Position numbers and translations under genes: made by a program. This document shows positions 29,907 to 40,077 of a stretch of DNA of 42,761 bases, piece after piece. The stretch's first letter is position 1. Each line of letters begins with the position of its first letter. A model generated the notes under the pieces. That model ran no database searches. It was not told the DNA's origin and saw only the letters and a list, made by a program, of their open reading frames with translations. This DNA is from Alteraurantiacibacter sp. Lineage in GTDB: Bacteria; Pseudomonadota; Alphaproteobacteria; Sphingomonadales; Sphingomonadaceae. The stretch covers positions 1 through 42,761 of the forward strand of contig JBGSLI010000185.1 in assembly GCA_041740775.1 (NCBI GenBank). The letters run 5' to 3'.

Positions 29907-30506
29907 ATGACCGAGACCATTGCCCGATTGCACATCGCGCTTGCCGATACCGATCCGATCATCTGGCGCCGGGTGGATTTCCCGGTCGATGCCAACCTCA
30001 AGATGCTGCACGATGTCATCGACGGCACGATGGGCTGGCTCGAGTTTCACCTCTGGGAGTTCGAGGCAGACGACAGGCGCTACGGCGTGCCCGATCCCGA
30101 CTGGCCCGGCGATCGCCTGTTCGCGGGCAAAAGCACAATGCTCAAGACGCTGCTCGAGCGCAATGTCCATCAGTTCCTCTATACCTGCGACATGGGTGAC
30201 AACTGGGAGCACATCGTCACCGTCGAAGCTGTCGAGGATGGTCAGAGTGGATGCATATATCCGCGATATGTCGAGGGCGAATACCGCAGCCTGCCCGAGG
30301 ACTGGGGCGGCACGCCCGGCTTGAAGCCTTTCTTGACGCCGTCCAGGCATCCCGAGCACAAGGACGTCACCGAGTGGCACCAGGGCTGCTACGGCAAAGC
30401 CTTCAATCCCGACGAATTTGACGAACGCGATGCAAAGCTCAGGATCGGCGCCATCGCCAAACGTCGCGCCGCAGGTAAAGTCGCTCAGGCCAGAAAGTCA
30501 CGCTAA
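29907..30506 (+). CDS. Plasmid pRiA4b ORF-3 family protein, possibly degenerate
   Basis: IWRRV..L..LHDVI..MGW..HLWEF..YG..DMGDNWEH..YPRYVEGE..PEDWGG; several consensus positions deviate. Confidence 0.8.
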   Translation: MTETIARLHIALADTDPIIWRRVDFPVDANLKMLHDVIDGTMGWLEFHLWEFEADDRRYGVPDPDWPGDRLFAGKSTMLKTLLERNVHQFLYTCDMGDNWEHIVTVEAVEDGQSGCIYPRYVEGEYRSLPEDWGGTPGLKPFLTPSRHPEHKDVTEWHQGCYGKAFNPDEFDERDAKLRIGAIAKRRAAGKVAQARKSR

Positions 30507-30590
30507 CAAGGTGGCCTACACGCCACATTTACGGGGAATAAATCTCCGTCAAAGTTGACAAACTATTGCGTCTGAATTGATAGGTCCAAA

Positions 30591-31067
30591 ATGGACCCAT
30601 TAGAATCAGCGGGCGCAAGCCAAGAAGCGGCAGATCCGAAGATCTGGGGAAATAAGGCAGGCCAGTGGCTGGTCCGTTCGGCACACTGTGATCAGAATTT
30701 TGCTGAGGTCGAGCTGGTTCGGGAGTTCGGCGAACTGCTGAATTGCGCGCCGGTTGTGCTTCTTGATCTGTTGTCCCTGGAGCCTGATTTTTCGAATATC
30801 AACGCATTTCTGGAAATCGGCGCTACCGAGACAATCGTGCACCATGTGTTGGGAAAAGCCAGTGGCGGATATATTGTTTCGAAGGGTGCCGACAAGCGCT
30901 ACATCGCCACTTTTTTTGTCCCCGGGCACATTCCGGAAACGCATTTTATTGCTTCGCGTATTTCACTCGCGCTGGCCGGTGCGCTGCTTCGCGGCGCATT
31001 CGATATCTGCACTAGGCACAAGCAAAAGCTTCCGTGTTCATTTCCGCTGCGCCTGGTAGAAGACTGA
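30591..31067 (+). CDS. Hypothetical protein
   Basis: 158-aa ORF filling the gap, convergent with the wHTH gene; no family recognised. Confidence 0.55.
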   Translation: MDPLESAGASQEAADPKIWGNKAGQWLVRSAHCDQNFAEVELVREFGELLNCAPVVLLDLLSLEPDFSNINAFLEIGATETIVHHVLGKASGGYIVSKGADKRYIATFFVPGHIPETHFIASRISLALAGALLRGAFDICTRHKQKLPCSFPLRLVED

Positions 31068-31071
31068 GCCT

Positions 31072-31587
31072 TCATCCCACCTTCCTGAATGGCTGAACCC
31101 GGTTCTCTTTTTCGCCAGCAATCTTCCTGAAAGCGCAAAGTTCTTCAAGGTAATGCGCCATGCGCTTGCGTCCTGTCGGCGTGAGACGCAGGATGGTGCA
31201 GCGGTTATCACTTCCCGTCGATCTTTCTATCATTCCTTGCGATTCGAGCGCCTTGAGATAGCGCAAACCGGTGGTTTGTGGCACGCCTGCGGCGCCACAT
31301 GCCGCCTTGGTCAGCGTCCCGTTCTTGCTCGAGATCTGCGTAAAGAGGAACAGCAACATCTCCCAGGCAGGTTCTCCCAGCATTCCGCAAATTCCGATTG
31401 ATCGGCGAAGCGCCCTTTCCGCAAGGACATTTCCGGCCAACTGTACGAGTTTGTAATGTGGCAGGACAGTCGCGGCGGATCGGCCGCAATCTTGCGGGAG
31501 TGTCAGGTCCTCGATCGCGTCGGCCATTAGATTTGGGCGGGCTGACATCGCCCGCAAATCGTTTGCGGGCCTTCGCTGGGCAGTCAC
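31072..31587 (-). CDS. MarR-like winged-helix DNA-binding protein
   Basis: GEPAWEMLLFLF..ACGAAGVPQTTGLRYLKALESQGMIER..DNR..LRLTPTG; GTGA overlap with the JAB stop, preceded by an AGGAAGGGG RBS. Confidence 0.8.
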   Translation of the reverse strand: MTAQRRPANDLRAMSARPNLMADAIEDLTLPQDCGRSAATVLPHYKLVQLAGNVLAERALRRSIGICGMLGEPAWEMLLFLFTQISSKNGTLTKAACGAAGVPQTTGLRYLKALESQGMIERSTGSDNRCTILRLTPTGRKRMAHYLEELCAFRKIAGEKENRVQPFRKVG

Positions 31588-32168
31588 AAGAGTGTCCCCT
31601 TCCTGATGCTGTATAATTTGCTTCTGGCCACGATCAGGTGATCGACAAGGACGATCTGCAGCGCACTGGAGATCTCGGCGATCCGGCGCGTGGTGATCCT
31701 GTCGGTTTCGCTCGGCCAGATGTGGCCGGATGGATGATTGTGCGCGAGCAAGAGTCCGCGCGCGCCACAATCAAGGGCATGATGGATCAACTTGCGGGTG
31801 CTCAGCGCGACTGCATCCACGGCCCCCGTGACGATCGTCTCGTCACTGATGAACAAACCGTTCGCGTCGAGGTAAATGGCTTGCATCCGCTCTTCCGAGC
31901 GATTCTGAAGCTTAGCGATCAGGTAGGAATGAAGTTCAGGATCATCAACTTTCACCGCAGTCCCGCGCAATTCCTCGGACTGGCCAATAAGCGTAAACTG
32001 CCGGGCGCCAATGATTGCTTCGGCGGCCCGCGAGTGAGACGGCAATGCGCGTCGCAGCGCGGCCTCGGGCGCTTCGATTATTGCACCGATCGAACCGAAG
32101 CGATTGGCGAGCAATTCTGCAACCTCACCTGCATCGATCCCGATTAAGGGTGCGAGGAGGTCATCCAG
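31584..32168 (-). CDS. RadC-like JAB/MPN domain protein (start uncertain)
   Basis: RFGSIGAII (HhH-like), EERMQAIYLD, AHNHPSG..PSETD, LVDHLIV. Confidence 0.85.
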   Translation of the reverse strand: MDDLLAPLIGIDAGEVAELLANRFGSIGAIIEAPEAALRRALPSHSRAAEAIIGARQFTLIGQSEELRGTAVKVDDPELHSYLIAKLQNRSEERMQAIYLDANGLFISDETIVTGAVDAVALSTRKLIHHALDCGARGLLLAHNHPSGHIWPSETDRITTRRIAEISSALQIVLVDHLIVARSKLYSIRKGTLL

Positions 32169-32623
32169 GATCTGTAGGAGCCGTAGCGGCGAATCCGCCT
32201 GCGATGCAGGTATAGTCCGGTCGCCAAAGCGATGATCTGGATGTAGGACGGAATGCGAGTCAGCAACCAGTAGGCGAATTCCATTCCCTCCGGAGCCAGT
32301 CCGCGATTTAAGTGCATGACTACTGCAAGAAGCTGCGCTGCGAGAATGCATAACGGATAGATCCGGTTGGCCCTCAAGGCGATTGGTATCAGAGCTGTCA
32401 GAACGAACATATCGAGGGCAAGATGACTGACAACAATTCGGTCGAAACCATCGCCGTGTGGAAAAATCAGGTGTGAAAGGTGATAAACGACGACCATTCC
32501 GGTCAGAATACTTGCCGTCCATTTCTCTGGCGCGTCACCTTTCCACCAAGCGAAAATGCACAAGCCCAAAAGAATGACGTATTGCAGCGCCGCGCGATAC
32601 TCGATCAACAAGGTTTCCAGCAT
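32144..32623 (-). CDS. Integral membrane hypothetical protein
   Basis: About five hydrophobic segments; AWWKGDAPEK and ALRANRIYPL motifs. Confidence 0.8.
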   Translation of the reverse strand: MLETLLIEYRAALQYVILLGLCIFAWWKGDAPEKWTASILTGMVVVYHLSHLIFPHGDGFDRIVVSHLALDMFVLTALIPIALRANRIYPLCILAAQLLAVVMHLNRGLAPEGMEFAYWLLTRIPSYIQIIALATGLYLHRRRIRRYGSYRSWMTSSHP

Positions 32624-32663
32624 GGCATACCTTCACCAGTGCCGGCGGCGCTGCGTCAAGCCT

Positions 32664-32993
32664 TTATGCAACCTTGAGCTGCGAGTTGGCCAAAGGCTGT
32701 TGTGTTGGGCAACGCTCAAAGTCATCCGGTCCGCCGGTGATGCGAATGAAGTCCGTGCGCATCCCTTTGTGCGCCTTGGCGAGGTGATTCATTCCCTCGA
32801 CCATTGCAGCAGACGCCTGCTGGACGCGAATGACAGAGGTCTGACCCTCGTATTGCGCCATCTCCGTGTCGATCCGGGCGTTCATCATGGTAAGCTGCAG
32901 GCGGGCCACGGCCCGGATGGCTTCGTTGATCTGGCGTTCTGCATTTTCAAGATCGGCAGCGATACGCTGGCCTGCGGTTTCAATCGTCAACAT
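32664..32993 (-). CDS. Small helical hypothetical protein (109 aa)
   Basis: GGAG RBS; MLTIETAGQRIAADLENAERQINEAI..AKAHKGM..ERCP..LKVA. Confidence 0.75.
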   Translation of the reverse strand: MLTIETAGQRIAADLENAERQINEAIRAVARLQLTMMNARIDTEMAQYEGQTSVIRVQQASAAMVEGMNHLAKAHKGMRTDFIRITGGPDDFERCPTQQPLANSQLKVA

Positions 32994-33055
32994 TGCAAAT
33001 CTCCGACCTCCGCCCGCTCCAGGCAAAGTGCGACCACATCGGAGGCAGCGTTAAG

Positions 33056-33586
33056 TCACCACCACACTTCGCCGACAACATTCGCCACGGCCAGCATCAC
33101 CAGCAAGAGCACAGCCATGCCGATCGCCATGGCGACCACAATAAGTCCGCGAAGCGTCGTGGCATTTGCGCCGTCGAGCTCCTCCGGGACCACCGACGGC
33201 TCTTTCATCCTCGTCCATGGCGGGTTCGCATCGATCTGAAGCGAATCTGCCAGATAGAGGTGAGCGTCGTTTTGGTTCCGACTCCCCTCTGGAGCGAAAA
33301 ATGGGGTATCGGAGAGATGATTATTATTACCTGTAATCGGATTACAGGTACCCTGCGCCATCGCTTGATCGTGCTCACGCCAGATACGCCCGAGATCAGC
33401 CTTGGAAACATTGCCGAATTTTGCACGCAGGTTTTCTACACGCTGGATGGCAGCGGAAAGGGATATATCCAATTCTGCCGCGATTTCCTTATTGGCGCGC
33501 CCGTCACCGATAAGCGCGATCGTTTCGCGCTGCTTCGCGGTCAGACCCGCCAATGTGTCTGAAAATTCACTTTCGGGAGCGCCCAT
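33056..33586 (-). CDS. LuxR-type HTH regulator with a C-terminal transmembrane anchor
   Basis: LTAKQRETIALIGDGRANKEIAAELDIS..QRVENLRAKFG; C-terminal hydrophobic helix LIVVAMAIGMAVLLLVMLAVA. Confidence 0.85.
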   Translation of the reverse strand: MGAPESEFSDTLAGLTAKQRETIALIGDGRANKEIAAELDISLSAAIQRVENLRAKFGNVSKADLGRIWREHDQAMAQGTCNPITGNNNHLSDTPFFAPEGSRNQNDAHLYLADSLQIDANPPWTRMKEPSVVPEELDGANATTLRGLIVVAMAIGMAVLLLVMLAVANVVGEVWW

Positions 33587-33785
33587 GAATTTTACATATC
33601 TTAACGCCCGCTTCTGTTCAACCGAATGGCGGAATTGAAATTCTTATCGCTCGCTAAGGGCATCTATCGCATCCACCATGGAGGCAGCCGCCAAGGCCTG
33701 CCGATCTGATGGGGTGGATGCCCCCTTCGCCCGGCATCGTATGATGCCAGACCGGCGCGATGTTGCGCTGGAGAAGGAGGAGCAA

Positions 33786-34799
33786 ATGACCGACGTCCAC
33801 ATTCTTGCGATCGACCTCGCCAAACGCAGCTTTCAGGTCTGCGCGACGGCGCCGGGAGGGGCGGTTCTATTCAACCGGATGGTTTCGCGCGCAAAGCTCG
33901 AGACGGTTCTGCGCGAGCAAGCGCCATGTATAGTGGCGATGGAGGCCTGCGCCACGAGCCATTTCTGGGGCCGTTTCGCTCAAAGTCTGGGCCACGAGGT
34001 TCGCCTGATACCTCCGATCTATGTGAAGCCGTTCGTCAAGCGCCAGAAGAATGATGCGGCGGACGCAGCGGCGATTGCCGAGGCAGCGCTTCGCCCGAAC
34101 CTGCATTACTTGGCTGTGAAGAGCGCGGAACATCAGGCCCGTGCGGTCGCTTTCCGAACGCACCAGTCATTTGTCAGTCAGCGCACACAACTGATCAATG
34201 CGCTGCGCGGCCACTTGGCCGAGTTCGGGCTGGTCGTCGCTCAAGGCCCGGCAAACATCAAAGCCGTCGCTGGCATGATCGACGACGACGCCATCGACCT
34301 TCCGAACCCGGTACGCGACATCGTTCGACTTTATCTGGACCAGATCGCATTGCTCACGCAAAAGATCGATGATCTGCACTTCAAGCTTCGCGCCGCGACG
34401 AAGGTTGATGACGCCATGCGGCGTCTTTGCACGGTGCCGGGGGTCGGGCCTGTCACGGCCGGCGCGATCATGGCCTTCGCGCCGGATCTGCGCTCATTTG
34501 CCAGCGGACGAAACTTCGCCGCCTGGCTGGGCTTGGTCCCGCGACAGCGATCGACTGGCGGCAAGACTCGCCTCGGTGGAGTGAGTAAAATGGGGCAAGC
34601 CGATATCCGCAAGCTGCTGATCGTCGGCGCCATGAGCCGGATCCGATGGATCGTGCGCAAGGGTGAGTTGCCCGACAACTGGCTCGGACGCGTACTGGGA
34701 CGCAAGCCGCGCATGGTGGCGGCCGTTGCCCTAGCCAACAAGATGGCGCGCATGATCTGGGCGATGATGACACGGGAAGAGAATTACCGGATGGCGTGA
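33786..34799 (+). CDS. IS110-family (DEDD) transposase
   Basis: LAIDLAK, VAMEAC, KNDAADA, VPGVGP, GLVPRQRSTGGK, VALANKMARMIWA; AGGAGG RBS. Confidence 0.96.
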   Translation: MTDVHILAIDLAKRSFQVCATAPGGAVLFNRMVSRAKLETVLREQAPCIVAMEACATSHFWGRFAQSLGHEVRLIPPIYVKPFVKRQKNDAADAAAIAEAALRPNLHYLAVKSAEHQARAVAFRTHQSFVSQRTQLINALRGHLAEFGLVVAQGPANIKAVAGMIDDDAIDLPNPVRDIVRLYLDQIALLTQKIDDLHFKLRAATKVDDAMRRLCTVPGVGPVTAGAIMAFAPDLRSFASGRNFAAWLGLVPRQRSTGGKTRLGGVSKMGQADIRKLLIVGAMSRIRWIVRKGELPDNWLGRVLGRKPRMVAAVALANKMARMIWAMMTREENYRMA

Positions 34800-35076
34800 C
34801 CGCTTGCCTTCAATCGCAGGCAAAGCGGGAAGCGCTTAGGGGCTATCAGCCCCGGCAAGGAGATCGACTGACAAATATGCGGCAAGGACTTCAATGTTCA
34901 GGACGTGGAAACCAGTCCCGGGGCTCGAGCATCAAAGCTCTTTGAACCGATGTGGACCTCGTTCTTCGAACTGCATAACGGCCCGTGGCGAACTTCAGGC
35001 CACAGCAAGAGGCCTGACACACGAGCGATAGAAGCGCCAAGCCGTTAAAACCGTCCGAAAATCACCTTGCAAAACC
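34800..35076 (+). ncRNA. Putative seekRNA/bridge RNA region of the IS1111 element
   Basis: Non-coding and hairpin-rich; contains TCCCGGGGC (34916-34924), complementary to the right flank, and CCGAT (34947-34951), matching the left flank. Confidence 0.6.
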
Positions 35077-35115
35077 GGGGGCATCCACACACGCCCCGGG
35101 ATTGTCGGAGGCCAG

Positions 35116-35230
35116 TTTTCCCGAGCAGGAAAATCCATGCGAATGTGGTTTCCTTGACAATGTTCATTCCCGTTCGGGAAAGTGTGGGTTGAATGGCAAG
35201 ATTTTCCGGCTATATTTCCCGAACGGGAAA
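35116..35230 (+). promoter_or_regulatory. Three palindromic HipB-type operators (TTCCCGnnCGGGAA) with a TTGACA -35
   Basis: Cores start at 35118 (one mismatch), 35167 and 35216, a 49-bp period; TTGACA at 35154-35159. Confidence 0.75.
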
Positions 35231-35241
35231 TGGAGTGCTAG

Positions 35242-35499
35242 GTGAACGACATTGCAACGATAGGCCGTATCATTCGGGACGAGCGCAAGGAACTCGGTTT
35301 GCGCCAGGACGAGCTCGCCGCAGCAAGTGGCGTCGGCTTGCGGTTTCTTGTCGAACTCGAACGCGGCAAGCCGACCGTCCAGATGGGGAAAGTCCTCGAT
35401 GTCCTCGCCGCGTTGGGTTGTCAGCTTCAGATTCAGCGACCCGATGGCAAAGTGATCGAGTGCTTCGCTAGGGACGCGGCACCGAGTACCTACGAATGA
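35242..35499 (+). CDS. hipB: HipB-like HTH antitoxin
   Basis: IGRIIRDERKELGLRQDELAAASGVGLRFLVELERGKPTVQMGKVL; ATGA overlap with hipA. Confidence 0.85.
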   Translation: MNDIATIGRIIRDERKELGLRQDELAAASGVGLRFLVELERGKPTVQMGKVLDVLAALGCQLQIQRPDGKVIECFARDAAPSTYE

Positions 35500-36770
35500 C
35501 ACAGCCAACAATCGATACGCTTGGTGTCTGGCTGGACGATCAGCATGCGGGCACGCTCTCCATCGACCGGGGCGGTGCCATGTATTTCGCTTACTCGGAA
35601 AGCTGGCTGTCCGATCCTGAATTGCCCCCGCTTTCGCTAGCCATGCCGAAAACTGATGCCCCTTTCGGAGACCGTGCGTGCAAAGCGGTGTTCGGTGGCT
35701 TGCTGCCTGAAGAGGGCCAGCGAACAGCAATTGCCAGAGCGCTAGGAATTTCACCCGACAATCCGTTCCGGCTTCTCGAAGCGCTCGGCGGTGATGTGGC
35801 CGGTGCGCTCGCTTTCCTGCCGCAAGGCCAGAGGCCCATCGACACCAAAATGCAGGAACCGCCTGTTGCGCTTTCAGATGAAGAGCTTGCGCGGTTGCTC
35901 GAACGATTGCCTCGTGTTCCCATGTTGGCGGGCGAGGGAGGCGCGCGGCTGAGCCTTGCCGGAGCGCAGAGCAAACTACCCATCGTGCTCACCCCACAAG
36001 GAAGCATCGCCATTCCTCGTCCCGGAGAGCCATCGACCCATCTTATCAAACCTGAGCCCAAGCGATTTGCGGGTTTGGCAGCCAATGAAGCATTCTGCCT
36101 CGCGCTTGCCCGTGCCGTTGGGCTCGATGCGGTCGAAGCAGAATGGCGAGACATAGCGGGCCGGCCGCTACTGCTTGTCACCCGATATGATAGGCACACG
36201 TTCCAGAACGGGCCGCGAAAGGGACAGACCCTGCGCCTCCATCAGGAGGACTTCGCACAAGCGCTCGCCGTTCCTTCTCACCGGAAGTACGCCGCCGAGG
36301 GAGGGCCGGCATTCCGGGAGGGATTTGAACTCCTGCGCCGAGCGGCGAGCCGTCCCGCCCGAGAGGTATTGAAGCTCGCAGATGCTGCCGTTTTCAATCT
36401 CGTCATTGGCAATGCAGACGCGCATGCCAAGAATTACAGCCTTATGCGAAAGCAGAGCGGCGAGGTGGTGCTCGCGCCGCTCTATGATCTTGTTGCAACC
36501 CATATGTGGGATGAACTTTCGCCGCGCCTCGCGATGCGCTTTGGCCGGGCAACTGATCTCGATGAAATTGATGACAGCAGCTTTACACGTTTTGCCGAAG
36601 AGGCTGGGCTTGCCGCGCCCTATGTAAAGCGCAGAGCCCAGGTGCTTGCGCGTTCAATTCAGGCTGCAATCGATAGAGGAGTGGGTGTTGCAGGATTGAC
36701 CAATCCCGACACAACCCGTGAGCTTGCTGACGCCACATTCGAAAGGGCCGCGCGGCTGGAATTGAAGTAG
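35496..36770 (+). CDS. hipA: HipA family Ser/Thr kinase toxin
   Basis: LSLAMP, GLLPE, RLSLAGAQSK, STHLIKP, RYDR, HQEDFAQA, IGNADAHAKNYS, LAPLYD. Confidence 0.95.
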   Translation: MTQPTIDTLGVWLDDQHAGTLSIDRGGAMYFAYSESWLSDPELPPLSLAMPKTDAPFGDRACKAVFGGLLPEEGQRTAIARALGISPDNPFRLLEALGGDVAGALAFLPQGQRPIDTKMQEPPVALSDEELARLLERLPRVPMLAGEGGARLSLAGAQSKLPIVLTPQGSIAIPRPGEPSTHLIKPEPKRFAGLAANEAFCLALARAVGLDAVEAEWRDIAGRPLLLVTRYDRHTFQNGPRKGQTLRLHQEDFAQALAVPSHRKYAAEGGPAFREGFELLRRAASRPAREVLKLADAAVFNLVIGNADAHAKNYSLMRKQSGEVVLAPLYDLVATHMWDELSPRLAMRFGRATDLDEIDDSSFTRFAEEAGLAAPYVKRRAQVLARSIQAAIDRGVGVAGLTNPDTTRELADATFERAARLELK

Positions 36771-37230
36771 CGCTGGTGGCAAACCACAATCGGAGGAGGG
36801 CGATGGCCCGAAGCAAGAAATCCTATCCTGAGTTCTTCAGACTTATCGCGCGCATCAAGAAAGTGCGGACGGTGTATCTCTGCGCTGGGTCGGACCGGCG
36901 CATATCCGCCACCGACAGCCGCCCTTCTCCAGATCGAGGCTTGCGCTCATTCTCTAGCGCAGGTCGGTCGAGCGTGGACGCCTGCCAGCCTCCGCAGGCG
37001 GACACTGCGATTCAACCAGCAATCGCCCTTCTTCGTGCAAATCGCTTGGATAAGTCAGTCACGAGTGGTTATGTTGCCGCCGGGTGAACTCAGTCCACAC
37101 TGCTCTACCGCCAGAAGTCTTTGGCCAAACTCTGGAATCAGTGCTGCGTCGGCGCATCGAGTGCAACAGATTAATATAACCGGATAATATTTGAAGGCAG
37201 GCTCTCAGGGCATTGATTCTAGGATTATGA

Positions 37231-37617
37231 ATGACTGGCTCGAGAAACCTCAAAGATCTGTCGCTTGAGCTAGCGATAGCCGAAATGATCAAACATTTTC
37301 AGGCTATTGCCGCAGATGACGACCCTTGCGGATTATACGCGGCGATCACTGAGTGGCTCATCGAGAGCCTTGGCGAGGAAGCAATGAGAGTTGAAGCAAA
37401 GCGATTGGTCGCTCTGCTGACTTCTCGCGAGAAGCAGGTTCTCGAACTGACGGTGAATGGACACAGCAGCAAGGAAGTCGGGAAATTGCTTGGAATTAGC
37501 GACCGGACCGCTGAGATTCACAGATCAAATGCTTACAGGAAGCTAAATGCCCGCTCGGGTGCAGATGCAATCCGCATCGCCATCTATGCCGGATCGGATT
37601 TGCTGACGAAGCCATAG
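37231..37617 (+). CDS. LuxR-family HTH regulator without a receiver domain
   Basis: LTSREKQVLEL..GHSSKEVGKLLGISDRTAEIHRSNAYRKLNA. Confidence 0.85.
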   Translation: MTGSRNLKDLSLELAIAEMIKHFQAIAADDDPCGLYAAITEWLIESLGEEAMRVEAKRLVALLTSREKQVLELTVNGHSSKEVGKLLGISDRTAEIHRSNAYRKLNARSGADAIRIAIYAGSDLLTKP

Positions 37618-37735
37618 ATCTGACAAGGTCCATCCAAGACAGCAGGTCGAACGGTTTACCGCCCGATTCACACTGCAAATCCAGCAAGTAGCTTTGCATT
37701 GATAGCACCACCAATCTTCAGGATCGATCAGCGGA

Positions 37736-38674
37736 TCAGTTCCCGCGTTCGGCTGCCAGAAACGCGCGATAGGCATCGGCAATCCCTTCGCGCAGGCTGA
37801 TTTTCGGACGCCACCCCATCGCCGCGATCCGCTCGCCGCTCATCAGCTTGCGCGGGGTGCCGTCGGGCTTGCTCGTGTCCCTGGTGATCGCGCCGGCAAA
37901 GCCCACCACTTCGCACACCATCTGCGCCAGTTCGATGATCGGCAGATCCTTGCCCGAACCAAGGTTCACATGCTCCTCGCCCGAATATTGCTTGAGCAGA
38001 AACACGCAGCCGTCGGCCAGATCGTCCACGTGCAGGAATTCGCGGCGCGGCGTGCCGGTGCCCCAGATCTCGATACTGGCCGCGCCCGCCTTTCTGGCCT
38101 CATGCGCCTTGCGGATCAGCGCGGGCAGGACATGGCTGCTGGCCAGATCGAAATTGTCGCCGGGGCCATAAAGGTTGGTCGGCATGGCGCTGATGAAATC
38201 GCAGCCGTATTGGCGGCGATAGGCCGCGCACAGCTTGATCCCGGCGATCTTGGCAATCGCATACCATTGATTGGTGGGTTCCAGCGGGCCGGTGAGCAGC
38301 GCCTCTTCGGGGATCGGCTGCGGGGCAAGCCGGGGGTAGATGCAGGACGAGCCGAGGAACAGCAGCTTCTGGGCACCATTGCGATAGGCCCCCTCGATCA
38401 GATTGGCCTCGATCATCAGATTGTCGTAAAGAAATTGCGCCGGATAACTGTCATTGGCCATAATGCCGCCCACTCTGGCGGCGGCCACCACCACCGCATC
38501 GGGACGGTTGGCGGCAAACCATTCGCGCACCAGCGCCTGTTCGCGCAGATCGGTCGAACGCCCGGATGTCAGGATTTCGCAATCCTCGCATTCCAGCCGC
38601 CGCACGATGGCGCTGCCCACCATGCCCCGGTGCCCCGCGACATAGATGCGCTTTCCGGCCAGCGCATAGGCCAT
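37736..38674 (-). CDS. fcl: GDP-L-fucose synthase
   Basis: [66 protein letters not shown]. Confidence 0.97.
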   Translation of the reverse strand: MAYALAGKRIYVAGHRGMVGSAIVRRLECEDCEILTSGRSTDLREQALVREWFAANRPDAVVVAAARVGGIMANDSYPAQFLYDNLMIEANLIEGAYRNGAQKLLFLGSSCIYPRLAPQPIPEEALLTGPLEPTNQWYAIAKIAGIKLCAAYRRQYGCDFISAMPTNLYGPGDNFDLASSHVLPALIRKAHEARKAGAASIEIWGTGTPRREFLHVDDLADGCVFLLKQYSGEEHVNLGSGKDLPIIELAQMVCEVVGFAGAITRDTSKPDGTPRKLMSGERIAAMGWRPKISLREGIADAYRAFLAAERGN

Positions 38675-39735
38675 CAGTCGAAGCCCGCGATCGGTTCGGC
38701 CCGCATCACTTCCAGATCCGCCAGCACCATTTCACGCGCCAGATCGCGCGGGGAAGTCTCGTGCTGCCAGCCCAGCTTCGCCTTCGCCTTGGCCGGATCG
38801 CCCAGCAGCAGTTCCACCTCCGTCGGGCGGAAATAGCGCGGATCGACTTCGATCAGGCAGCGCCCGTCGGCCACGGAATAGCCCTTCTCGTCGGCGCCCT
38901 CGCCGCGAAACTCCACCGGCACGCCCGCATCCTCGAACGCCCAGCGCACGAATTCGCGCACCCTTGTGGTGATGCCGGTGGCGAGCACGTAATCATCGGG
39001 TTCGTCCTGCTGCACCATCAGCCACATGCCGCGCACATATTCACGCGCGTGGCCCCAGTCGCGCTGGGCATCGAGATTGCCGAGATAGAGCTTTTCCTGC
39101 CGCCCCAGCGCGATGGCGGCGGCGGCGCGGCTGATCTTGCGGGTGACGAAAGTCTCGCCGCGCAGCGGGCTTTCATGATTGAACAATATGCCGTTGCTGG
39201 CGTGAATGCCGTAGGCCTCGCGGTAATTCACCGTGATCCAGTAGGCATAGAGCTTGGCGGCGGCATAGGGGCTGCGCGGATAGAAGGGCGTGGTTTCGCG
39301 CTGCGGCACTTCCTGCACCAGCCCGTAAAGCTCGCTGGTGGAGGCCTGATAGAAGCGCGCCTTCTTCTCCAGCCCAAGAATGCGGATCGCTTCCAGCAGC
39401 CGCAGCGTGCCAATCCCGTCGGCATTGGCGGTGTATTCGGGGGTTTCGAAACTTACCCCCACATGGCTTTGCGCGGCGAGATTGTAGATTTCATCCGGCT
39501 GCACTTCCTGCACGATGCGGATCAGATTGGTGCTGTCGGTCAGATCGCCGTAATGCAGGTGGAAACGCTGGTTATCGACATGCGGGTCCTGATAGATATC
39601 CTCGATCCGCCCGGTGTTGAAGCTCGACGAACGCCGCTTCACCCCATGCACATCATATCCCTTTTCGAGCAGCAGATGCGCCAGATAGGCGCCATCCTGC
39701 CCGGTGACGCCGGTGATGAGTGCGGTTTTGGTCAA
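38674..39735 (-). CDS. gmd: GDP-mannose 4,6-dehydratase
   Basis: [58 protein letters not shown]; TTG start. Confidence 0.98.
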   Translation of the reverse strand: MTKTALITGVTGQDGAYLAHLLLEKGYDVHGVKRRSSSFNTGRIEDIYQDPHVDNQRFHLHYGDLTDSTNLIRIVQEVQPDEIYNLAAQSHVGVSFETPEYTANADGIGTLRLLEAIRILGLEKKARFYQASTSELYGLVQEVPQRETTPFYPRSPYAAAKLYAYWITVNYREAYGIHASNGILFNHESPLRGETFVTRKISRAAAAIALGRQEKLYLGNLDAQRDWGHAREYVRGMWLMVQQDEPDDYVLATGITTRVREFVRWAFEDAGVPVEFRGEGADEKGYSVADGRCLIEVDPRYFRPTEVELLLGDPAKAKAKLGWQHETSPRDLAREMVLADLEVMRAEPIAGFD

Positions 39736-40077
39736 GGGCTTGTCCCAGCTTGATCGAACATCCGGCTGCGGCGGTTAGCGGCATCGCCGTTGGCTGGCAA
39801 TGCACACATTGGAAGCCTGAATGCAGTCGTGCGGCAAAATGATTACGGCATTGGCGAGCCAGCCTTGGTAGATCTGTTATTGCCCAATTGCCATAAAATC
39901 GAGTGCCATCCTGGGCAGAAATTCGGCAATTGGATGCCATTTTCGGGTCATTCGAATCCGTCCGCCTCGTTTCGAAACCAGCAAAGTATGCCCCCGGTCG
40001 AAAAGGGCGAAACGCTTGGGGCCGAGATGACTGAAAATCTCACGCGCTCAAGATTGTCCCAACCGCTACATGCCTGA

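Larger units (their letters stand above)
33707..35091 (+). mobile_element. IS110 family, IS1111 group insertion sequence
   Basis: Perfect 12-bp sub-terminal IRs GTGGATGCCCCC (33714-33725) and GGGGGCATCCAC (35077-35088); ends inferred 7 nt and 3 nt outside the IRs; long non-coding region 3' of the transposase. Confidence 0.85.
1557..37700. mobile_element. tRNA-Ser-anchored genomic island (right boundary not defined)
   Basis: tRNA followed by an integrase, then accessory genes, TA modules, IS elements and pseudogenes. No duplicated tRNA 3' end was found, so the right end is approximate. Confidence 0.6.

Noticed and set aside
29214-30506. 430-aa ORF as a single gene
   Set aside because: Read-through of an alternative EAL frame, an IS3 remnant and the pRiA4b ORF-3 gene, which starts at 29907.
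36776-37087. Short ORFs downstream of hipA
   Set aside because: No recognisable motif on either strand; coding status cannot be supported.
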